From an uncultured Verrucomicrobiae bacterium (GTDB lineage Bacteria > Verrucomicrobiota > Verrucomicrobiia > Chthoniobacterales > UBA10450): a DNA stretch of 64,000 nucleotides. The notes beneath the pieces were generated by a model. The model saw only the letters and a program-made list of their open reading frames with translations. It was not told the DNA's origin and did no database searches. The translations under genes were made by a program, and so were the position numbers. Positions 52,303 through 60,871 of this stretch are shown piece after piece; within the stretch, counting starts at the first letter, position 1; the number at the start of each line of letters is the position of its first letter. Location: positions 1,472,001 through 1,536,000 of the forward strand of contig CAVWPA010000003.1 in NCBI GenBank assembly GCA_963756875.1, written 5' to 3'.

Positions 52303-52956
52303 TTAGCGCAATGCTTCGTGGGGCTGGCGCCGGCGTAACCGCCGCAACGCCAGGATAACCAGCAGTCCACCGCCGGCCAGCAGGAAGCTGCTTGGTTCCG
52401 GGACTACAACCGGGGACCAGGTGCCGGCAGGCACTAGACTCGTCGAAGGAGGGGCAAAGCCTGCGTCGTTATCCAGGGTCAGGGTTCCCTGGTCCCCTCC
52501 AGTTGTAGAGGATATGGTGTAAGTAGCGAAAAAATCATTTGGATCTTCCCCCGGGACTGCGGGGTAGGAGGCAAACAAGGTCTGAGTTATGTTCCATGAC
52601 GTGATGTTGCCCATCGAGTCGGTTCCAATCAAAACGACCGGGGAACCGGTCATAAGATAGTAGGCTGAACCAAAAGCGCCCCCGATAGGGAATCCGCCTG
52701 TGTCCTGATTCGGCCAGCCGTTCGGGTTAATTGCGAAGGAAGGCCCGAGGTCGGCCGATATGTTCGTGTTGGCTGGTAGATCTTGCAACGCGGCCCCCAT
52801 CAACGTCGTATCCAGCGTTATGGTTACCTGGAAGGCCCCTTGCGCTGTGCTGAGCGAATTACCCGTGTACGTGTAAGTGGTGTCCGCCCACAGCGATCCC
52901 GGGAGGACTACGCACAGCAAGCCACCCATAATAATAAATCGCAACCTCGAATACAT
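52303..52956 (-). CDS. PEP-CTERM surface protein
   Basis: Signal peptide; C-terminal VPEPSS-TM-RRLRRR. Confidence 0.85.
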   Translation of the reverse strand: MYSRLRFIIMGGLLCVVLPGSLWADTTYTYTGNSLSTAQGAFQVTITLDTTLMGAALQDLPANTNISADLGPSFAINPNGWPNQDTGGFPIGGAFGSAYYLMTGSPVVLIGTDSMGNITSWNITQTLFASYPAVPGEDPNDFFATYTISSTTGGDQGTLTLDNDAGFAPPSTSLVPAGTWSPVVVPEPSSFLLAGGGLLVILALRRLRRRQPHEALR

Positions 52957-53146
52957 TGAGTTCCCCTTGGGCAGGGCTTCCGTCACTGTTGCCCTGAGTT
53001 TCCGCCGATTGAATCAGGACAGTCCAAAAAAGTCAAGGTCGGACCGGGCAAAACCAGGGGCGATCTCGGCTGTGCGTCCAACCGAAATCAGAGATGCAAA
53101 GAAAAGAATCGTGTCGCGAACTTACGCGACGTGAGCCTCTCGAATG

Positions 53147-53461
53147 TTACTTGCCTTTGAGGCCATCACGAAAGGCAATCGCTTCAAGCTCCACCCGGAC
53201 AGCGTCCATGACGGGAACCACCGGTCGGGCCTCGAATACAAACGCAGGCAACATCGAGCAGAACTTGTGAACTGCCAGCGGATCGTCGCAATCCAACATC
53301 ATATATCCACCCCAGTCACCCACTCGTATTACGAACAACTCAATCTTGAAATTGGCGGGCGCCTTCCATTGAGTAAAAACTTCCAGAATCCGCTTCTGAG
53401 CATTCTCGTATTCCATGGGCGATCCTTGCGGACGTTCGGACCAGGTGAGCATGTATTTCAT
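53147..53461 (-). CDS. Small conserved protein (DUF3303-like)
   Basis: MKYMLTWSERP...; AAGGAG RBS. Confidence 0.7.
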   Translation of the reverse strand: MKYMLTWSERPQGSPMEYENAQKRILEVFTQWKAPANFKIELFVIRVGDWGGYMMLDCDDPLAVHKFCSMLPAFVFEARPVVPVMDAVRVELEAIAFRDGLKGK

Positions 53462-53509
53462 AGGTATTCTCCTTTATTAAGTTGATATCATCGGAATGTT
53501 AGAACCCAT

Positions 53510-53593
53510 CTCTAACCCTCAATCTTCTCAGTACAAGCGCCGGCGCGCCTCTTCGTGAACGCTTTAGGCGTTAGCTGCATCGTTTGGTCAGGC
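53510..53593 (-). other. attC 1 (degenerate; R''/L'' arm intact)
   Basis: GTTAGCTGCATCGTTTGGTCAGGC at 53570-53593; CTCTAAC at 53510. Confidence 0.55.
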
Positions 53594-53603
53594 TGTAGTC
53601 GCC

Positions 53604-53798
53604 TCAATCATTCCTGGCGTTCGTCGATGTCAAAAGAGCCCCGGCTGCGACGCCGAAAGCTGCTCCAAAAGCAACTCCCATCGCTACGTTGTGCATCGCA
53701 GCACCTGCTGCTGCTCCGATCCCTATGCCGATGGCGATCACGACGCCCATCAGCGCTCCTCGGCGACCGCTTTTTCTTCTTGTTTGTTGTGGTTCCAT
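53604..53798 (-). CDS. Cassette gene: small glycine-zipper membrane protein
   Basis: GxxxG-rich 64-aa ORF between attC sites. Confidence 0.65.
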   Translation of the reverse strand: MEPQQTRRKSGRRGALMGVVIAIGIGIGAAAGAAMHNVAMGVAFGAAFGVAAGALLTSTNARND

Positions 53799-53818
53799 AT
53801 TGGTGTGCTTTCGATGCG

Positions 53819-53922
53819 GCCTAACGAGAAGTAGTTCAGCTACCGAGAGTGAGGTCTCTCCCTGATAACAGATAACTTATAACGAATAACCTGCCCTTCA
53901 AAACTGAATCGCCGGGTCAGGT
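53819..53922 (-). other. attC 2 (degenerate)
   Basis: GCCTAACGAGAA...CTGAATCGCCGGGTCAGGT; loop GATAACAGATAAC shared with attC 7. Confidence 0.65.
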
Positions 53923-54004
53923 TCCCAGGAATCATGGGTGTCCTCGTTCAATTTGCGCCAGATAGGATAATTGTTCGAACGAAATGGGTTTTAGCGTTCC
54001 GTAG

Positions 54005-54045
54005 GCCTAACGAGAACAGATCAGCTACGGCTACCGACGTCGAGC
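54005..54045 (-). other. attC 3, half-site only (L'/R' arm)
   Basis: GCCTAACGAGAACAGATCAGCTACGGCTACCG; overlapped by the gltA 3' end. Confidence 0.7.
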
Positions 54046-55353
54046 TTCTACTCCCCGCTTCTCGATGGGGACGAAATCGCGCACGTCGTGGCCAATGTAG
54101 ATTTGTCGCGGACGGGCAATCTTCTGCTCCGGATCCGTCAGCATCTCCTGCCACTGGGCCAGCCAGCCGACCGTGCGTGGAATGGCAAACAGCGCGGTGA
54201 ACATCTCGGGCATGAAGCCCATAGCCTGGTAGATGATCCCGGAGTAGAAGTCTACGTTCGGATAGAGCTTCCGCTTGATGAAGTATTCGTCTTCCAGCGC
54301 GATCCGCTCCAGTTCCAGGGCAATCTCCAACTTGGGGTTTCCGCCGGTAACTTGGAAGACTTGGTCGGCCGCCCACTTAATAATCCGCGCGCGAGGATCG
54401 TAGTTCTTGTAGATCCGGTGGCCAAATCCCATCAGCTTGCCGTGACCTGCCTTGACGCCCTCAATGTAAGCGGGGACGCGGCTTTTGGACCCGATCTCGT
54501 CCAGCATCTTCAACACCTTTTCGTTGGCGCCGCCATGCAGTGGGCCCGAAAGCGCAGCGGCAGCGGCGGCGGTAGCAACGAATGGGTCCGCCTGGGAGCT
54601 GCCCACGGCCCGCATGACGTTGGTACTGCAGTTCTGCTCGTGGTCCGCATGCAGAATAAACAAAATGTCGAGCGCCCGGGCCAAAGTCGAATTCGCCTGG
54701 TACTTAGGCTCTACCATCCTCCACAGCATGTTCATGAAATTCTCGGTATAACTCAGATCGTTGTCAGGATAAACGTAGGGGAAGCCGAGGCTGTGGCGGT
54801 AGCAGTAGGCGGCGATGGTTGGGACCTTGCCGATGAGGCGATGGATTTGCAGGTTGCGCACCTCCGGATCCAGTACATTCCTGGCGTCCGGGTAAACCGT
54901 GGAGAGCGCCGCCACAGTGCTGACGAACATGCCCATCGGATGGGCGTCGTGCTGAAAACCTTCCAGGAACTTCTTGGTGTTTTCGTGCAGCATGGTGTGA
55001 TGGGTGATCTTGTCGGTCCAGTCCTTTAGTTCCGGCTCAGTGGGCAGTTCGCCGAACAGGACCAGATAGGCCACTTCGAGAAAGGTGCACTTCTCCGCCA
55101 GTTGCTCGATGGGATAACCGCGATAACGCAGGATGCCCTTGTCGCCATCAATGAATGTGACCGCGCTCTGGCAGGACGCCGTGTTTAAGAACGCGGGGTC
55201 GTAGCTCATGACCCCGAAATCTTCGGGGCCTGTCTTGATCTGGCGCAAATCCATGGCCCGAACGGCACCATTGGCAAGAGGGAGGTCGTAGGTAGCCTTG
55301 GTGCGTTTGTCGACTATGCCCAGGACTTCGTTTTCCATGAATTCACTTCCCAT
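54031..55353 (-). CDS. gltA: Citrate synthase
   Basis: IDGDKGILRYRGY, HADHEQN, GPLHGGAN, GFGHRIY and YPNVDFYSG motifs. Confidence 0.96.
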   Translation of the reverse strand: MGSEFMENEVLGIVDKRTKATYDLPLANGAVRAMDLRQIKTGPEDFGVMSYDPAFLNTASCQSAVTFIDGDKGILRYRGYPIEQLAEKCTFLEVAYLVLFGELPTEPELKDWTDKITHHTMLHENTKKFLEGFQHDAHPMGMFVSTVAALSTVYPDARNVLDPEVRNLQIHRLIGKVPTIAAYCYRHSLGFPYVYPDNDLSYTENFMNMLWRMVEPKYQANSTLARALDILFILHADHEQNCSTNVMRAVGSSQADPFVATAAAAAALSGPLHGGANEKVLKMLDEIGSKSRVPAYIEGVKAGHGKLMGFGHRIYKNYDPRARIIKWAADQVFQVTGGNPKLEIALELERIALEDEYFIKRKLYPNVDFYSGIIYQAMGFMPEMFTALFAIPRTVGWLAQWQEMLTDPEQKIARPRQIYIGHDVRDFVPIEKRGVEARRR

Positions 55354-55536
55354 CTCTACGATTTATAATCACCGCGCGACGCCGCAGCGCCTCTGCGTGC
55401 CTTCACACTTTGCGGACTCATCTTAATTGTGCTTAGCCGGAAGTGCGCCGCGATGCCAGCAAAAACTCACGGCTCTTTGACTGTGCGCCGCAAACAGCCT
55501 CGATGAGCGTCATATTCATGCCACGCAGCCGTTTCG

Positions 55537-55828
55537 ATCGAACGAGAACAAGATCAGCATCAGGATTACTGATCATTTAATCCCTTTCCATTGAGAATTT
55601 GCTCCCGGGTTTTGGATTGTTTGGCTGCAGAAAAATAAAGAATACATCAGGGGCGTCGTTTTCCGGCCGCAAGCATCACGCAGGCTTTCTCGATCCGGCG
55701 TCTATGTGCCTCCGGCTGTTTGGCTGAGTCCATCCAACCGATAAAGTCCCTGCGCTCGATCGGCGTGAGATCGCTTTCGGAGTTGGTACACTCGCGAAGA
55801 CTTTCGGAGCTGCAGCGCATGGTCAGGT
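55537..55828 (-). other. attC 4 (or two fused half-sites) enclosing foreign DNA
   Basis: ATCGAACGAGAACAAGATCAGC at 55537 and GCTGCAGCGCATGGTCAGGT at 55809-55828. Confidence 0.6.
55647..55772 (-). pseudogene. Fragment of a YdeI/OmpD-associated family gene
   Basis: Translates DLTPIERRDFIGWMDSAKQPEAHRRRIEKACVMLAAGKRRP*, with no start. Confidence 0.7.
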
Positions 55829-55895
55829 GGCATGGTTTGCGTGTGCCCGTGGCAAAGGCACGAGACCGCGAACATTGAAGGCTCCCGTCGCCTCA

Positions 55896-56489
55896 TCACA
55901 AGCGCCGCAGCACGCGCACCCGCTCCCGGCCCTCGCGCCCGGCAAAGGCCACATCCGGCACATAATCATCCACGATCTCGTAGCCCTCGGCAAAGAGCGC
56001 CGTCAGTTCAGCCACGCTCAAAGGGTAGGGAGGCCCCTCATCACCCGGATCGAGCACAGGATCGATGAACCACACCCCGATCAGCAAGCCTCCGCGCCGC
56101 AGAGTCAGATCGATGCCGCGCCGGTAGTCAGCGCGCATCGCCGGAGGCAGTGCGCTCATGCACGTGTGCTCCAGTACCACATCAAATGCGCCGCGCATCT
56201 CCTGCGGCGGATCAAACAAACTCCCCGTCACGAAGCGCTGTGCCAAATGCGGATACAGCGCGCGCGCCTCCGCTACCCCGGTTGGCGCGATGTCCAGCCC
56301 CGTCGCATCCAACCCGTGCGCCACCGCCAGCGCTACTTCATGCCCGCGACCGCAGCCCGGCACCAGTGCGCGCTCACGCACCGTATGACGCTCCAGATAC
56401 TGCTTCATCGCTGGCGCCGGCGCGCCCTTATCCCAAAACACCTCGTCTTTTTGGTAATACTCATCCCAGTCCACGTGCGTCCCATTCAA
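55896..56489 (-). CDS. Thiopurine/thiol S-methyltransferase-like protein
   Basis: WDKGAPAP, LVPGCGRGHE, EHTCMSAL and GPPYPL motifs. Confidence 0.85.
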   Translation of the reverse strand: MNGTHVDWDEYYQKDEVFWDKGAPAPAMKQYLERHTVRERALVPGCGRGHEVALAVAHGLDATGLDIAPTGVAEARALYPHLAQRFVTGSLFDPPQEMRGAFDVVLEHTCMSALPPAMRADYRRGIDLTLRRGGLLIGVWFIDPVLDPGDEGPPYPLSVAELTALFAEGYEIVDDYVPDVAFAGREGRERVRVLRRL

Positions 56490-56600
56490 TCTGTTGTCAC
56501 TGCGATGTCAATCGCCAGAGCAACTGCTTCTCTTGGAGCGCTCGGTGTTCATCCACCCTAGCCTGAAAGCAGCGCCCACGTCCCGGTTATCCTCTGTTTT

Positions 56601-56663
56601 CACACCGGCCAGCCCGCCCACTCGTGAACATTTTCGGAAGTCGGCTGCAGCGATTGGTTAGGC
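56601..56663 (-). other. attC 5, half-site only (R''/L'' arm)
   Basis: ACACCGGCC[insert]GTCGGCTGCAGCGATTGGTTAGGC; resembles the right end of attC 9. Confidence 0.7.
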
Positions 56664-56693
56664 CATGCCGTGTTCATGTCGAAAACGGCCGCG

Positions 56694-57104
56694 TCAAAAG
56701 AACCCGCGGAGGAACGCCGCCGCTTCATCCGAGATGCCGACAATCTTGTTCGTTGCCTGACGATAAAATTTGAAATTAAGCTCGGTCTCGGGTCGACCGT
56801 CGTTCCAGTCGGAAAAAAGTCTGAGCTCGCTTCGCCCCAGGCGTCGCTTCGCGCGCGCGGTGCGTCTGATGGTGATGCTCACGCGCGGCGTTTGCCGGGC
56901 GATCCCGCGTTTCTTTGCGATCGCTTGGGCCGAGGTGACGACGCCGCTGGCGATGAGACCTGGCCCGCCTTCGTTCTCGCTCGCGAAGATGAAGATCGTA
57001 TCGCCTTTGGCGATGTGCTTGCCGCCATACATCGTCTTCTGCGCGCTGAACGCAAAAGTCTCCGCCCACGGGTCGCTAACCTCGGCTTTGATCGCGAATA
57101 TCAT
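56694..57104 (-). CDS. Cassette gene: conserved hypothetical protein
   Basis: 136-aa ORF with GAGGAG RBS; QKTMYGGK and FASENEGG. Confidence 0.75.
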   Translation of the reverse strand: MIFAIKAEVSDPWAETFAFSAQKTMYGGKHIAKGDTIFIFASENEGGPGLIASGVVTSAQAIAKKRGIARQTPRVSITIRRTARAKRRLGRSELRLFSDWNDGRPETELNFKFYRQATNKIVGISDEAAAFLRGFF

Positions 57105-57151
57105 GCTCCTCGTCTCGCACCATTAATTTCCATGGACGCCCATGGGGCTCG

Positions 57152-57255
57152 GCCTGACGAGAACAAGATCAGCCACCCAGTACTTTGAAAGAGAGGCTGC
57201 GCTTGTCGAGGAAGTTGCAACAAAGTGCTGGGTTAGCTGCATCGGCTGGTTGGAT
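57152..57255 (-). other. attC 6 (104 bp)
   Basis: GCCTGAC-N8-GATCAGC...GCTGCATC-N5-GTTGGAT; CCCAGTACTTTG/CAAAGTGCTGGG stem. Confidence 0.85.
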
Positions 57256-57264
57256 GCGGCGGCG

Positions 57265-57747
57265 TCATTGCAAGGGAAAGACCATCGACATGCTTTCTTT
57301 GGCAAGCTCGACTTCAACTGTGTTTTCGCCCTCATGCCATACGAATGGGTATGCTAAGCCGATGGAGGTCTTGGTAAGCTCGCTGACTTTCTCGTCGCGT
57401 CGGCGAAACAGAATGAGCTTCCCGGAACGGCCGTCCTGATAGATGGCGAAGTTGCCACTGGGCGAGATCGACGGAGGCGCGACGATTTGGCAAAGGAGGC
57501 GATTACGATAGTAAAGAAACGGATAATGACCCAGTTCTCCGAATTTGTTGAATTTAGCAATTGTTACACGCCGAAAACCAAAGCCGAGATCTTCGACATG
57601 CTCTACCCCTCTCATCAGCTCTGCCCGATGATAGCGTTCGTAGCTGTAAACCAGGGCCGAAAACGCGACGAGACCTGCAACAACTACTCCAGCGGCGATC
57701 TGGCATCTTTGTCGAGGCGTCCAGGCGTGTGAGTGCGGGAAAAGCAT
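57265..57747 (-). CDS. Cassette gene: hypothetical membrane-anchored protein
   Basis: ATG overlaps the R' core of attC 7; fills the inter-attC space. Confidence 0.6.
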   Translation of the reverse strand: MLFPHSHAWTPRQRCQIAAGVVVAGLVAFSALVYSYERYHRAELMRGVEHVEDLGFGFRRVTIAKFNKFGELGHYPFLYYRNRLLCQIVAPPSISPSGNFAIYQDGRSGKLILFRRRDEKVSELTKTSIGLAYPFVWHEGENTVEVELAKESMSMVFPLQ

Positions 57748-57869
57748 CTAGCGAGAACAAAATCAGCTACGGCTACCGATGCCGCAACCTCTTCCCGATA
57801 ACAGATAACTCACAACAAAAATAACTGGGCCTCGCACCGGTGGCAGTCAACCCCATCGCCTGGTTAGGC
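57746..57869 (-). other. attC 7 (124 bp, partly degenerate)
   Basis: ATCTAGCGAGAACAAAATCAGC...CATCGCCTGGTTAGGC. Confidence 0.75.
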
Positions 57870-57909
57870 TATTAGCGGCCAATCAAATTGCGCGATGCAA
57901 AGGGCTTTA

Positions 57910-58323
57910 TCACCTGGCGGCGCTCCAGGCCGCAAGCACCAGGCAGACGGTGATGACCCCGGAGAAGATTACCGGCAACATGAAAAAGTATCTCCAGCTC
58001 AGAAACGTCACCACCAGAAAGCATGCTGCGAGACCCCATGTCGCGAGCGGCATGGCCGCGAGATACTCCTTCGGCAATCCCCCGAGCTGCCACGCCAGGA
58101 CGGCGACGAAGACCAGCAGCACGGTGACGAAAAGCCCAAACCCAACGAAGAAATCCCAGTAAGTCCGATCAAAGCCTTGCGCGAGAAAGCGAGTCGATCG
58201 CATCGTCCCTATGAGCGAATCGATTCCCCAGCGCGGATCCACCCGCCGGAAACCCAGCGTATGTCCGAGCGCGAACAGGATCAGCAGGACGGAAGCAATG
58301 CGATAGAGCAGAGAGGCTTTCAT
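57910..58323 (-). CDS. Cassette gene: small four-TM membrane protein
   Basis: MKASLLYRIASVLLILFALGHTLGF, RTYWDFFVGFG and SWRYFF. Confidence 0.8.
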   Translation of the reverse strand: MKASLLYRIASVLLILFALGHTLGFRRVDPRWGIDSLIGTMRSTRFLAQGFDRTYWDFFVGFGLFVTVLLVFVAVLAWQLGGLPKEYLAAMPLATWGLAACFLVVTFLSWRYFFMLPVIFSGVITVCLVLAAWSAAR

Positions 58324-58346
58324 AGGAATACTTCGAATTCCCCTCA

Positions 58347-58376
58347 TTTATAGGCGACAGCCCGACCGACAGTCAA
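58347..58376 (-). promoter_or_regulatory. Putative sigma70 promoter inside the cassette
   Basis: TTGACT-N18-TATAAA on the minus strand, 23 nt upstream of ATG 58323. Confidence 0.5.
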
Positions 58377-58468
58377 GCCAGAGGCCGCCCGCTTACAAAC
58401 AACTTTTTCCGTCCAGCTTCCCATCGTCTCATTACTCCCCCGTTCCCAAGTTGCAGCCGTTTATTTGC

Positions 58469-58591
58469 ATCTAACGAGAAGAAGATGAGCTGCCGGGACC
58501 GGGGGTAACCATTGAGCGGAGCGAAACGGTTCTGGCCATCGAAAACGTGGATCGTACGCTGGTCCCGGTCAGCTCCATCGCATGGTTAGGC
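58469..58591 (-). other. attC 8 (123 bp)
   Basis: ATCTAAC-N8-GATGAGCTGCCGGGACC...GGTCCCGGTCAGCTCCATC-N5-GTTAGGC. Confidence 0.92.
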
Positions 58592-58617
58592 GTTTGGTCC
58601 ACTGCGAGAAGTGCGTC

Positions 58618-59307
58618 TCAAAAAACCGCCCCAAACAAAGCGCCGACTCCTGCCGTTAGCGCCATCGCCAGCGCGCCCCAAAAAGTGACGCGCACAGCGG
58701 CCCGCAACACGGATGAACCCCCAGCCCGGGCCGCTAAGGAACCCAGGAGCGCAAGAAAGAACAACGAACTGCCCGAAACGGTCCAAATGAGCGCGGCGGT
58801 AGGCACCAGGACGACGAGGAGAAGCGGCAGCGCTGCACCGACCGTGAAGGTGGCAGCGGAAGCCATTGCCGCCTGAACGGGGCGTGCGCTGAGGGTGTCG
58901 GAGATGCCTAGCTCGTCACGGGCGTGAGCGCCCAGCGCATCCTTAGCCATCAATTGGGTGGCCACTTCGTCCGCCAGCGCGGCGTCCAGTCCGCGCTCGA
59001 CGTAGATGGCGGCCAGTTCGGCGTGTTCGTACTGGCCGTCTTTGGCCAACTCCTCGCGTTCTCGACCGATGTCGGCTTGCTCGGTATCGGCTTGGGAACT
59101 GACGGAGACGTACTCACCTGCAGCCATCGACATCGCGCCCGCTACCAAGCCGGCAATGCCAGCGACCAGAATGCTGCTGCGGCTGGACTCGGCTGCGGCC
59201 ACGCCCACGATCAAACTGGCGGTCGAGACGATCCCGTCGTTGGCACCAAGCACGGCGGCACGCAGCCATCCGATGCGGTGGGTTCGGTGATGTTCGGCAT
59301 GTCTCAT
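58618..59307 (-). CDS. Cassette gene: VIT1/CCC1 iron/manganese transporter
   Basis: LRAAVLGANDGIVS and SMAAGEYVSVSSQ motifs. Confidence 0.93.
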   Translation of the reverse strand: MRHAEHHRTHRIGWLRAAVLGANDGIVSTASLIVGVAAAESSRSSILVAGIAGLVAGAMSMAAGEYVSVSSQADTEQADIGREREELAKDGQYEHAELAAIYVERGLDAALADEVATQLMAKDALGAHARDELGISDTLSARPVQAAMASAATFTVGAALPLLLVVLVPTAALIWTVSGSSLFFLALLGSLAARAGGSSVLRAAVRVTFWGALAMALTAGVGALFGAVF

Positions 59308-59329
59308 GGTAAATGGGCGAGCGCAGAAA

Positions 59330-59654
59330 GCCTAACGAGACACAAGATCAGCCGCCGCTAGCGTTGAACAACATTACGGCGGGAGTGCGTGAGCGCAGCG
59401 AATGGAGCTGCGGGTCAAGCGACATGGAAGGTAAAACGACGAGGGTAGGAGCGAGTGAGTGTGGGCAACGAACGAGTTTCAATCGCACCAGGGAAGCCGG
59501 GCACCTGGAGATATTCCAGGCGGGAGCGCGCGTCGCTCGTGGTCTGTGGTCAGTAGTCATGTTGTCCTGTATTTATACACCGGCCAGCGTGCCTGCTTGC
59601 CTGCCGCCGTGGCGGGCGAAAGCTTTCGGAGTTGGCTGGAGCGATTGGTTAGGC
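59330..59654 (-). other. attC 9 (325 bp; 121 bp after removing two inserts)
   Basis: GCCTAAC...GTTAGGC with inserts at 59364-59522 and 59586-59630. Confidence 0.85.
59364..59520. mobile_element. 157-bp non-coding element inserted in attC 9, flanked by CG
   Basis: Near-identical to 61347-61504, at the same position relative to the L' box. Confidence 0.75.
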
Positions 59655-59696
59655 CGAGGCCCACAGCTCCACGTCGCCAATTGACGGCAAGATCCT

Positions 59697-60185
59697 CTAG
59701 GGCCCCTTTACGTCCACATTGTGGTAGGCTGCTATGTTCCATTCACCTTTGTTGTTTACGAACACCTCCTGCAAGCGCGTGCGCATTTTACCATCGCCCC
59801 TGCTCGTCACGCCAGGCGGCACACCGTGAAGCTCGCTCAATTCCGTCGAGATATCGACGATTGCTACATCGGGCCGGAGGAAATGAATCTTGTCTACCGA
59901 CATAGTGAGCCTGCTGCCCTTGAAAAACGTCCTGAAAATTTCCGCGTGCCGATCTTCGAAGGCTCGATGGCCGTAAAATACAGTTCCACGGATGTTCGTG
60001 AAACTCCCGTCTTCGGCGAATCTTCGCGAAAAAGCCTTGGCGTCGCCGACATTCCACGCCGCAACTTGGTCGGCGACGATCTGACGAATTCGCGATTCGT
60101 CGCCGTGTGATTGTGCGGCGAGAGGTAACGAGGTGACGAGGAGGAAAAGGTAAGCTGAGACGATTGTAATTGCTTTTGTTTTCAT
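59697..60185 (-). CDS. Cassette gene: secreted NTF2/SnoaL-like (SgcJ/EcaC, DUF4440) protein
   Basis: AAWNVGDAKAF, FAEDGSFTN, FLRPDVAIVD and WNIAAYHN motifs. Confidence 0.85.
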   Translation of the reverse strand: MKTKAITIVSAYLFLLVTSLPLAAQSHGDESRIRQIVADQVAAWNVGDAKAFSRRFAEDGSFTNIRGTVFYGHRAFEDRHAEIFRTFFKGSRLTMSVDKIHFLRPDVAIVDISTELSELHGVPPGVTSRGDGKMRTRLQEVFVNNKGEWNIAAYHNVDVKGP

Positions 60186-60199
60186 GAAAGGAGATTGAG

Positions 60200-60346
60200 G
60201 TCTAACGAGAACAAGCTGAGTTACGGCTACCGGAGGCGGGCGTCAAATGCGATCTGAATGTTTTAGTCATCGAAAATGTAAATGCACAACGGGTAGCCAG
60301 CCTGCTCGCGAAAGCCTTCGGAGTTAGCCCGAGCGCCTGGTTAGAC
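60200..60346 (-). other. attC 10 (147 bp; 123 bp without the 24-bp insert)
   Basis: GTCTAAC...GTTAGAC; loop similar to attC 13. Confidence 0.88.
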
Positions 60347-60356
60347 CTCAGCTATA

Positions 60357-60725
60357 TCATTTCCAACGTATAGCTTTGCCTTTTCCCTGAGCTTGGTTGG
60401 AAAGAATTGATCTGCGGTTAAGAATAGAGGCAACCGGCAAAGCGTCTACTATGACGGCCTGCGCCCCGAGCTTAGCCGCCGCTTCACGGAACTTGCGCCT
60501 AACATCTTCGTCAGAAACACCAATCGTCTTATCGACTGAAACAAAGCCGATAACATTGAAGGGACGCTGCGGCGTTTGATACAGGATCTGTACCTTACTG
60601 GGATCGGTCGGATGATACGTGATACCTGGCACAGCGTTTGTGCCAGATGTGGCACAAGCAACAAGGGTAAGCGCGATAACAATCGCGCTAAACGAAGCGA
60701 GGAACGTGCGTTTGATGTTGATCAT
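60357..60725 (-). CDS. Cassette gene: small lipoprotein
   Basis: LVAC lipobox; AAKLGAQAVI motif. Confidence 0.75.
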   Translation of the reverse strand: MINIKRTFLASFSAIVIALTLVACATSGTNAVPGITYHPTDPSKVQILYQTPQRPFNVIGFVSVDKTIGVSDEDVRRKFREAAAKLGAQAVIVDALPVASILNRRSILSNQAQGKGKAIRWK

Positions 60726-60747
60726 GGCGTGTGTGGTGTTGGGTTAG

Positions 60748-60871
60748 GCCTAACTAGACGGAGCTCAGCTGCCGCTGACGAAACCGAGCTTTGATAACAT
60801 TGAGAACTCTCTCATAAAATTCCAGTTTGGTCACGCGACGGTCAGCGATTAGCTGCAGCGATGGGTTAGCC
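60748..60871 (-). other. attC 11 (124 bp)
   Basis: GCCTAAC-N8-GCTCAGCT..CGCTGAC...GTCAGCG..AGCTGCAGC-N5-GTTAGCC. Confidence 0.9.

Noticed and set aside
8106..55029. Long antisense ORFs such as 8106-9167, 47910-48668 and 54088-55029
   Set aside because: Shadow ORFs opposite well-supported genes in GC-rich DNA.
55647..55649. TGA next to a Cys codon in the YdeI-like fragment as selenocysteine
   Set aside because: The fragment has no start, and I cannot support a SECIS element; a nonsense change in a pseudogene is simpler.
59380..59501. Group II intron 5' fragment (GTGCG start, GGGAAGC resembling the epsilon-prime region); 63967-63994 loosely resembles domain V
   Set aside because: The element begins about 22 nt before GTGCG, there is no RT, the putative domain V lower stem does not pair, and the site differs from that of IIC-attC introns. 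Kept only as a weak alternative.
60743..60754. Perfect palindrome GTTAGGCCTAAC as an attI or extra core site
   Set aside because: No L boxes or integrase adjacent; half of it is simply R' of attC 11.
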